This document shows, piece by piece, positions 50,609 through 57,870 of a DNA stretch of 64,000 nt. The stretch is from an uncultured virus (IMG/VR IMGVR_UViG_3300028886_000092) (Duplodnaviria; Heunggongvirae; Uroviricota; Caudoviricetes). The notes beneath the pieces are model-generated. The model had not been told where the DNA came from. It was given only the letters and a program-made list of their open reading frames with translations, and searched no databases. Both the position numbers and the translations under genes were made by a program. The stretch lies in the IMG/VR virus record IMGVR_UViG_3300028886_000092, one strand, 5' to 3'. Each line of letters begins with the position of its first letter. Within the stretch, counting starts at the first letter, position 1.

Positions 50609-50706
50609 CAAAGGTATAACATTTGGCGCAATTATTCCAAATATTTTTGGAAGAAATTGCAACACATGGCGCAATTTTGTGAAAAATAACGCCATTTGAC
50701 ACAATT
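50609..50706. promoter_or_regulatory. Genetic switch: early lytic promoter (TACCTTTG, minus strand) and three 22-bp operators
   Basis: Imperfect palindromes AATTGCGCCA-NN-TGGCGCAATT at 50612, 50655 and 50685. Confidence 0.7.
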
Positions 50707-50730
50707 TTTAACTAAAAAAACGGTTTGAAA

Positions 50731-51135
50731 ATGGAAGCAAAAGACTTTAGACAAGATGTTTTTAATCGGCTTGTCGAATTCAAGGAGCAGACAGGCTTGA
50801 CCTTAAACGCATTTGCAGGAGGCATTGGAATGAAACATGCCACACTACACAATCAGTTTCATGGCAAAAGAGACCTCTCTCTTGAAACTGTCATCAACAC
50901 CCTTGCTAATTACGGAGAACTTTCAGCAGAATGGCTATTGCGTGGGAACGGTAGTATGTATCTGGTTGAGCCATCTGTTACAACAGATGATGCCAAACAG
51001 AAAAATGATGCCCGTCTTGACACGCTTATTGACACAATAAAATTGCTGCAAGAGACTATAAAGTCGAAGAACGCCACCATTGACGCTCTCCAGGCTGAAC
51101 TTTCCAAGTATGAGAACAAATCAAAGAAAGCATGA
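50731..51135 (+). CDS. CI-like XRE/HTH repressor
   Basis: HTH LTLNAFAGGIGMKHATL, SAEWLLRGNGSM, C-terminal coiled coil; divergent from the lytic operon. Confidence 0.85.
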   Translation: MEAKDFRQDVFNRLVEFKEQTGLTLNAFAGGIGMKHATLHNQFHGKRDLSLETVINTLANYGELSAEWLLRGNGSMYLVEPSVTTDDAKQKNDARLDTLIDTIKLLQETIKSKNATIDALQAELSKYENKSKKA

Positions 51136-51818
51136 AAAAAGCAATTTTTATCTTGGCGTTTATTCTTCTTTGCGTTTTAGGTTGCTTTTTCAGTAATCAT
51201 AATAGCATGACTAACAATAATGACACATTAGAAGATACAACAGAAGTTGGGCCTGCAACAGAAGAGAATGATAATGCTAAAGATACAACAAAACGTGAAG
51301 TTGCAAAAGTGGAGCCGTTCCCTGAACATCTCATCGTAAGAACTCGTGATGAGATTAAGTACAGAACTCTTGTAGAACACAAGGGGCGTCAAAGGTTTGG
51401 AAGCTGCGTTTTGACAGCCATTTATTCTATTGAAGAACTGGACAATATAACGGGGAAGAAACTGAGTACTCCAAATGTAGGCTCGTTTCAGCTTGTAATG
51501 TACCTGTCACATAAAGGTGCGTACAAACCTGAGACCATCGTTCTCGTTTGCGACGGGGTGCCACATCAAATAACTCCAAATTTCATCCAGTCTGCTGGCA
51601 GTGGGAAGTTTATTCTCCTGTTTAATATAGGAATTATGAATAGTACTTCAACGGTTCCGCGTGACATAACAAAAGCGAAAACGGTTGAAATAAGGGTTCG
51701 TTATGATAATGGGGATGATATAATTAAGGTATCGGACAAAGACCAAGAAGCCATTAAGGTTATGTATTGGAGTTTCTATAGAGATGGAGGAACAAATACT
51801 GAAGTAGATGGCTATTGA
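51132..51818 (+). CDS. Membrane-anchored/exported protein co-transcribed with the repressor (superinfection-exclusion candidate)
   Basis: N-terminal MKKAIFILAFILLCVLGC signal; AT-rich; overlaps the repressor stop. Confidence 0.55.
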   Translation: MKKAIFILAFILLCVLGCFFSNHNSMTNNNDTLEDTTEVGPATEENDNAKDTTKREVAKVEPFPEHLIVRTRDEIKYRTLVEHKGRQRFGSCVLTAIYSIEELDNITGKKLSTPNVGSFQLVMYLSHKGAYKPETIVLVCDGVPHQITPNFIQSAGSGKFILLFNIGIMNSTSTVPRDITKAKTVEIRVRYDNGDDIIKVSDKDQEAIKVMYWSFYRDGGTNTEVDGY

Positions 51819-52115
51819 ATAATTATTAACTCAAAAACGGTTTGAAAATGGAAAAAGACGATTTTGTTTCCGATTTATTGTCGGGCTGAAAAAGCAAATG
51901 AGTCCGAATATGCGAGTTTTCCTAAGTTTCAAGCAGTTTTATTGCAAAAAAGTTGTATTTATGCACTAAAAACTGCCACAATTTACGGAAAACACGCAAC
52001 TATACGGACTTTAGAGAGTAACCAATTAAGAAAATGAGCCACTTTTGACGCAAATCTTATTGTCGGTTTGTGGTCCTTCTGGCTCAAAACATTTACTTTT
52101 TATTGTCGCAAAATT

Positions 52116-53318
52116 ATGGCAAATCTTAGCGCAGTTATTGTACCTGCAAAGGTACTAAAAGGTGGGAAGCATAAAATAAGGATCGCCGTCTCACACAATT
52201 CAAAAACACGATACATCGTAACGGATATTACAATAGATTCAGACAAAGAGTTTAAGGATGGTCGTATAGTCAAGCGGCCAGACGCAGCCATCAAGAACGT
52301 GAAGCTGCGTGGCCTGCTCGATAAGTATCAGGAGGCTCTGGACAATCTCGTCTTCGTTGAGAGCCTTTCATGTGAGGAACTTGTGTCACAACTGAAGAAC
52401 AATGACAGGTACCGCCATCGTACAATCCGCTCAATATATGATGAGTATGTAACAGTTAAGTCTATAAAAGCCTCATCGCGCTCTATATATGATATTCAAA
52501 TCAGAAGTATATTGCGATACCTCGGGACCGATATGCTGATGGAGAACGTGAGCTATTCTACGGTGATAGGACTGGAGAAATACCTTACCGAACAGGGGAA
52601 TTCATCAACAACTATAAGAGGTAAGCAGCTTTTCCTTATGACTCTATACTTCTTCGCTCAGAAGTGTATGTATATACCTTTCAAGACAGACCCTTGGTTC
52701 GGATACAAGTTTCCGGAAGCTAAGGTGAGAGATGCCTGGCTAACAATAGAAGAGGTGGCAAGGATTAGGGATGCCTCATTCAAGCAACGCCAAAGAAGTC
52801 AGGTGCGCGATATGTTCATGCTCTCATACTACCTTGGAGGAATTAACATGGTGGATATGCTCAGCATCAACTTCAACGAGTGCGGAAGGCATATTATTTA
52901 CGAACGTACAAAGACAGACAGAATGTCTAAAATTAACAAGTACGTTGAGTTTGACATGCCAGACGAGGCGATGGAAATAATCAACCGCTACAAGCAGCCT
53001 AATGGCTTGCTATTCTCAGCCTCATCAACGAGAAGCAGAAGGTTTCACCAGACGCTCGACTACAACATGAAGCGCATAGCGGAGGACTTGGGGCTTAACA
53101 AGCTCATCTTCTATTCTGCCCGTAAATCATTTGCACAACATGCTCTCGACCTCGGTATAGAGCAATGTACCATAGACTTTATTTTGGGCCACAAACTGAA
53201 CAAGAGGGGTACGAGTTTGTTCAATTATATAAAGGTAACACCTGAACTTGCAACAGATGCAGTGAAAAAAGTTTGCAGTTCTCTAAGAAATGTCGTACCT
53301 TTGCCAACGAATCAGTAA
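52116..53318 (+). CDS. int: Tyrosine integrase (Bacteroidetes type)
   Basis: Arm-binding N-terminus, SAM-like domain, GGINMVD, YERTKT, YSARKSFA, LGH, catalytic Y. Confidence 0.92.
   Translation: MANLSAVIVPAKVLKGGKHKIRIAVSHNSKTRYIVTDITIDSDKEFKDGRIVKRPDAAIKNVKLRGLLDKYQEALDNLVFVESLSCEELVSQLKNNDRYRHRTIRSIYDEYVTVKSIKASSRSIYDIQIRSILRYLGTDMLMENVSYSTVIGLEKYLTEQGNSSTTIRGKQLFLMTLYFFAQKCMYIPFKTDPWFGYKFPEAKVRDAWLTIEEVARIRDASFKQRQRSQVRDMFMLSYYLGGINMVDMLSINFNECGRHIIYERTKTDRMSKINKYVEFDMPDEAMEIINRYKQPNGLLFSASSTRSRRFHQTLDYNMKRIAEDLGLNKLIFYSARKSFAQHALDLGIEQCTIDFILGHKLNKRGTSLFNYIKVTPELATDAVKKVCSSLRNVVPLPTNQ
53272..53303 (+). promoter_or_regulatory. Consensus Bacteroidota housekeeping promoter inside the 3' end of int
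   Basis: TTTG (53272)-20 nt-TACCTTTG (53296). Confidence 0.7.
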
Positions 53319-53385
53319 GATTTCCATTTTGGTTATCACTGGTTTGACTTGTGTGGCACTGGGGGTGGTTCCCCAGTGCTTTTTT
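53308..53385 (+). ncRNA. Predicted ~78-nt trans-acting antisense sRNA
   Basis: Own promoter and terminator; body complementary to several lytic-gene translation starts. Confidence 0.6.
53356..53385 (+). terminator. Intrinsic terminator
   Basis: GCACTGGGG/CCCCAGTGC 9-bp stem plus T6. Confidence 0.85.
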
Positions 53386-53561
53386 ATATCCCTCATGCAA
53401 CCTTTCCAAATATTATGAGTATCTTATATAGAGTACCCCAATTGCGAGATGAGATTGTGTGGTTGAGGGGTATTCTTGGAGGCTGCGTGTTACTGTGCTG
53501 TGCAGCCTCCTTTTTTTGTTTGAGCCTCATCAAAAAAACGCGTCCCTCGGACGCGCCTTAT

Positions 53562-54245
53562 TCATAGTTTGGAATATTCCTTCAAAGCATCAAATGACGG
53601 ACAGCATTTTATCCACTCACAGGGTGATATGATTCCGTCACCGTTTTTGTCCGGGGAGAAATCCCGATGTCCCTTAATAATAGCCCTTGGATATTGACCC
53701 TTCAGCTCCTTTAAGAGCCTCATCAGGGATTGCTTCTGCTCTGGTGTCCGAGTGTCCTTTGCTTTCAGCTTGCTATACGGTACATTCGGATTGTTCTCCA
53801 ATCCTCCCACGTATGCTACACCGATGCTATGGGAGTTGTAACCGCTAACGTGCGCACCTACCTTGTCAACACTTCGCCCTCGTGCTATTGTCCCGTCTCG
53901 GTAGATAACGAAATGGTAGCCGATATCGCTCCAGCCGTTCTGCGTCATGTGCTCGTTTCGGATCTGCGCCACCGTCTTATCCTTACCCTCAGGAGTAGCA
54001 GTACAATGTACGGCAATATAGTCAATACGGCGTGCAGTTGTCTTAGCGACATCAACCTGCGGCAAAAGTTTGGCAAGGGTCTCTGGGCCTGCTATACCAT
54101 CAGGTGTAAGTCTGTTCTCACGCTGCCATGTTATAAGAGCCTCGCGTGTCAGCTTACCAAATATGCCATCAGGGATGAGGTGTAAAGCACGTTGTATCTG
54201 TTTGACTCCCTCACCTCTCGAATTGAGTTTATATATGGTAGTCAT
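53562..54245 (-). CDS. Endolysin: peptidoglycan-binding domain plus N-acetylmuramoyl-L-alanine amidase
   Basis: DGIFG/DGIAGPET repeats; VHCTAT, GWSDIGYHF, GAH, GHRD, KCCPSFD. Confidence 0.92.
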   Translation of the reverse strand: MTTIYKLNSRGEGVKQIQRALHLIPDGIFGKLTREALITWQRENRLTPDGIAGPETLAKLLPQVDVAKTTARRIDYIAVHCTATPEGKDKTVAQIRNEHMTQNGWSDIGYHFVIYRDGTIARGRSVDKVGAHVSGYNSHSIGVAYVGGLENNPNVPYSKLKAKDTRTPEQKQSLMRLLKELKGQYPRAIIKGHRDFSPDKNGDGIISPCEWIKCCPSFDALKEYSKL

Positions 54246-54715
54246 TATTCCTCCTTATCCTTGATATTACAATCCTCAATAAGACTAATTACACGCTCAC
54301 GGAAAGACGCTTCCGATAAAGCACTTTGCAGCAACCGTTTGAAATCATCCTGCAGCTTTTTCTCCTTGATATTGGCCGGCTCCGTTATGCTCCTAATCTC
54401 GACAAAGGCTTCGTAGAGTACGCCTATGAGTGTAAAAACTGGCAGCATAGGAATATCATACTGATACTCACGATAGAGCATATATAATAGGCTTATCTGG
54501 ACTGCATCAACAAGCGTCATGGCAAAGTGCATGGCAAAGTACTTGTTAATCTTCCCAACTGTCTTTTTAAGGCCCTCACTGGTGCGAAATTCGCCTCTCT
54601 GTTTAGCCTTGCGCACACCAGCCCACAAATCAGCAAAGATAAGACCTAATGCTACTATATAGAAAAGCAACACAACAAAACCGCACACAATCAAAGTTCC
54701 TATTCTTCCTTCCAT
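54245..54715 (-). CDS. Holin
   Basis: Three TM segments, DLWAGVRKAK...TSEGLKKT, EIRSI; directly upstream of the endolysin. Confidence 0.8.
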   Translation of the reverse strand: MEGRIGTLIVCGFVVLLFYIVALGLIFADLWAGVRKAKQRGEFRTSEGLKKTVGKINKYFAMHFAMTLVDAVQISLLYMLYREYQYDIPMLPVFTLIGVLYEAFVEIRSITEPANIKEKKLQDDFKRLLQSALSEASFRERVISLIEDCNIKDKEE

Positions 54716-54929
54716 TTTTGAATTTACATTAAAAATTAAACATAGGAAGAACGGCCACTGGCTCCCATCGGGCTGTCTCCCTATGCAAAGGTAGGACAAA
54801 ATGCGGTACGTTTAACATTTTGCCGGAATCTCAAATAAACAGGAAAAGCCCTGAAGGGTTATCCTCCAGGGCTAAATTGCGCTGACGGTCACCAGCGACT
54901 TTTGTCAATCGGCGAGATAGGGCCGAGAC

Positions 54930-55187
54930 CTAAAATATCTCATCAGCCGCCTTGCGAAGGCGTTCTGACATATCAATAAGAGCTCCGCGAAGCTGTAATG
55001 CTTCAGTTTCTGAAAATCCGCCTTGACCTCCGTTTCCGTCTATTCCATCCATCTTATGATAGAACCATGAAGACGATTTGTGGAAATACGTGTTTGATAG
55101 TTCCCTCCATGATACAATCATGAGAATGTCCTTTAGCTTTTTCTTCATGTCTGTAATAACATAAGGTTGTTTTAGTACTTCTTCCAT
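54930..55187 (-). CDS. DUF5053-like protein
   Basis: ELSNTYFHKSSSWFYHKMDG...FSETE...L..AL. Confidence 0.7.
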   Translation of the reverse strand: MEEVLKQPYVITDMKKKLKDILMIVSWRELSNTYFHKSSSWFYHKMDGIDGNGGQGGFSETEALQLRGALIDMSERLRKAADEIF

Positions 55188-55252
55188 AATTAAAAACTGG
55201 TTAATGGTTGTTTCTGTTATAAGGTTCCCTCCCCGAAGGGAGGGTTCCTTTT

Positions 55253-55405
55253 TCACTCGTAAGGCTGTCTTAACATGTTGTCGAAGAGCCTTTGTGCATA
55301 CCAGAGGAGTTCGGGATAACCATCGGGAAATGATTTGTTGTAGTTTCTGATGGCTGCGAGTAATTCCTCTTCTTGCTCACTTACTTCAATAAATTTCTTT
55401 TTCAT
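55253..55405 (-). CDS. Small protein (50 aa) paired with DUF5053
   Basis: MKKKFIEVSEQEEELLAAIRNY... behind its own promoter at 55432. Confidence 0.55.
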   Translation of the reverse strand: MKKKFIEVSEQEEELLAAIRNYNKSFPDGYPELLWYAQRLFDNMLRQPYE

Positions 55406-55591
55406 TTTTCTATCTCTTTTTGTTTGACAATACAAAGGTACTACGAATTTTCGTATTATGCAAATTTTTGAACAACTTTTTTTCAAAAAAATACAAAATT
55501 CTTGATTTTCGTACGTTATTTTGCGAAAATCGCACAAAAAAGGCGGCACATCGCTGCACCGCCAAAACCCTAAACTTTAACAACCATGACA

Positions 55592-56056
55592 CTATATGGA
55601 ATAGCAATTCAAATCAAGACTTGTCTTCTCAGCCCAGCAGGACTGCAGGCAGTCCTTTATATGGTTCTGCACACTAGAATAGAAGGCAGAATAATTATCC
55701 TTTGTCAGGGATATAGTCACATCGTTACCTTCTGCATCCTCCACCTTGATAACAACTGGGTATCTTCCCATGCTCTTGAACATGGCATAGTTCAACTGAT
55801 TCTCAACAGAGAGGTTAATCTTGTAACCATCATACACCATACCGCCAGTGATACGGGCACGGGTTTCGTTGTCTATAGCTTCAAGGATACATGTCTTTAT
55901 CTCTTCTGGAGTAGGCTTGTGGTCAAACTTGTGCCTATAGTTATATCCATGTTCGGCATCATCATTCTCCTTGCCGAAGCCATAGTACAAATAATACACC
56001 TTACCGACTTTGATAAGGGAATCTTGTCTTTGATTAGCGCCAAAAATCTTTTCCAT
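55592..56056 (-). CDS. DUF4376-like phage protein (possible fibre chaperone)
   Basis: FDHKPTPEEIK...INLSVENQLNY motif; lies downstream of the DGR. Confidence 0.5.
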   Translation of the reverse strand: MEKIFGANQRQDSLIKVGKVYYLYYGFGKENDDAEHGYNYRHKFDHKPTPEEIKTCILEAIDNETRARITGGMVYDGYKINLSVENQLNYAMFKSMGRYPVVIKVEDAEGNDVTISLTKDNYSAFYSSVQNHIKDCLQSCWAEKTSLDLNCYSI

Positions 56057-56103
56057 ACCTTTTGAGATTTTTTCCTACTGCAAAGGTATGAAAAAAAACA
56101 ATG

Positions 56104-57447
56104 CTATGTGAAAATGTACTTAATCTTGTTGTCAGCGAAAGGTTCTGCACGAATGACTGTCTCAAAGGGAAAGCCGTCCTCTATGTCGCTTATCTTGTCG
56201 AGAATCTGCTTCATCTCCTTGCTTGCTGTGAAGAACTTTTTGAACACTTCACCTTCTTTCACGGAAACAAGGTATCTGTCATCCCCGTTCTCTGTTTTCA
56301 AGTCCTTCTCATAGTCAAGTACAACTATGGGGACATTGGTAATGCTACTCAATCGCACGGTATTGCCGGGGAATCGTTTCTTCCCGTCTTCGGGAGTATA
56401 GGTCACCCCCATCTCGCTAAATTTCTTCATATATTTACTTGTTAATTTGTGATACAAGTTTTTGCAGTCGGCATGACAGGCCATTCCCAAAAACGAGCCT
56501 ATTATCTCCTGCCTGCGTTTTCTACTCTTTACCTTGTGCAGCTTCCTTGCCGCATTCTGCTTTATCCTCTTCCTGATGAGGCTGTAATCCTCAAACTGAA
56601 CATATCCGAGATAGTCGAGGCCTTCACTGATGGGGCGGACTGCCTCATTCGGCTTTATCCTCAGGCCGAGCTTTGCAATCTCACTTACATAAAGGTCGCG
56701 CAGCTTCCATAGATGTTTTTTGCTATTGGAGAAAATTACAACGTCATCACAATAGCGATAATAAAGAAACCTCACCTCTTCTCCGTCGTCAGTTTGCAAG
56801 ACGTAAGAATATACATGTTTCAGCATAACATGATCGACAGGAGAAAGAAAGAGGTTTGCATAACACTGGGATGAGCGCAGGCCCTTGGAGAGTCCGTTTG
56901 GTAGCAAGTCTACGAAGTTTTCAAGCATGGGGAGCAATACCTCGTCACAAACATATTTCCTCAGCTCTTGTTTCATCAGGGTATGGCTGATATTGTCATA
57001 GTAGTGCTCGATGTCGCTCTGCCAGTAGTATTTGCATAGCAGTGGGACGTTCTTAATATCGTCCTCTACAATATGGTGCATCCAGTGCATACCCCTTCCC
57101 TTGATTGAGGCAGCCGTATTTTTGATGAGGCTCGGATAAGTGTAGCGTTCTACAACTACCATGATGGCATGTATTCCTACTCTCTTATAGACGGTAGGAG
57201 CCTGCACGTCCCTCTCCTTTGGCCCGTCCTTCACATGGATATCACGCACATCCTCCCTATATATACGAAAAATGCCGCTCCCAATCTCTGCAGTCAGTTT
57301 CTCTACATAAGACATTCGGAGTGGCTTATACTTCTCTCGCTGTTCCTCATATTCAAGATGCCCGATAACATAGTCAAAGCTATCGTACATGTTTTCTTCG
57401 CAGACAATCTCAGGGATGAGGTTGTCAAGAGGATAGGAAAATTCCAT
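56104..57447 (-). CDS. DGR reverse transcriptase with fused C-terminal ~108-aa domain
   Basis: KERDVQAP, SIKGRG, SDIEHYYDNI, GLSKGLRSSQ, YYRYCDD, GLDYLGY; adjacent to TR. Confidence 0.93.
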   Translation of the reverse strand: MEFSYPLDNLIPEIVCEENMYDSFDYVIGHLEYEEQREKYKPLRMSYVEKLTAEIGSGIFRIYREDVRDIHVKDGPKERDVQAPTVYKRVGIHAIMVVVERYTYPSLIKNTAASIKGRGMHWMHHIVEDDIKNVPLLCKYYWQSDIEHYYDNISHTLMKQELRKYVCDEVLLPMLENFVDLLPNGLSKGLRSSQCYANLFLSPVDHVMLKHVYSYVLQTDDGEEVRFLYYRYCDDVVIFSNSKKHLWKLRDLYVSEIAKLGLRIKPNEAVRPISEGLDYLGYVQFEDYSLIRKRIKQNAARKLHKVKSRKRRQEIIGSFLGMACHADCKNLYHKLTSKYMKKFSEMGVTYTPEDGKKRFPGNTVRLSSITNVPIVVLDYEKDLKTENGDDRYLVSVKEGEVFKKFFTASKEMKQILDKISDIEDGFPFETVIRAEPFADNKIKYIFT

Positions 57448-57588
57448 TTGCCTTCAGGACTTTAAGATATTTTTCGGCTTTCCACCATTGATGCTGTTGC
57501 CGTTGCTCGGAGTCCTCGCACATACTATGGCCAACACGTAGCCTTGGCAGAGATGCGATTATCGGGTTTTACCCTAAGTTCTTTAGTT

Positions 57589-57702
57589 GAGACGCGCCCC
57601 GTTGTTCGTGTTCGAGTTCGAAGAAGCGTTGTTCGTGTTCGTATAGGCGAGACCGCCGTTAGCGTTCGCGTTGTTGTTCGCACGACTGACAACACGGCCG
57701 TT
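57589..57702 (-). repeat. DGR template repeat (TR)
   Basis: 114 bp with 13 AAC codons; matches VR except at adenines; own TACCTTTG promoter at 57719-57726. Confidence 0.95.
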
Positions 57703-57802
57703 GGACTCTTCCGCGCTGCAAAGGTACGCAATTTCAAAAAGATTTCCATATTTGGGCTCAAAAAATTTTTCGCCTTTGGCGATTTTTGACTTTGCAAACG
57801 AG

Positions 57803-57831
57803 AGAGGGAGCAGCCTTTCGGCTCTCCCTCT
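57803..57831 (-). promoter_or_regulatory. DGR target-recognition hairpin downstream of VR
   Basis: AGAGGGAG-AGCC-GAAA-GGCT-G-CTCCCTCT; GC-rich stem with a GNRA loop about 40 bp after the target stop. Confidence 0.75.
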
Positions 57832-57870
57832 GACGCTCTTTTCAAAATTTTCGCTCGACGCTCTGACGCT

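Noticed and set aside
56104..57447. RT as group II intron, retron or Abi RT
   Set aside because: The adjacent TR/VR pair with adenine-only differences and the SQ-type motif 4 identify a DGR RT
1..57500. A second (remote) DGR variable repeat
   Set aside because: No other match to TR was seen by eye; the homologue at 1-4231 lacks the C-terminus within the window. A BLASTN-short search of TR would settle it
57525..57845. 106-aa ORF across TR as avd
   Set aside because: Low-complexity R/T translation of TR and hairpins in an off frame; no Avd-like helical pattern
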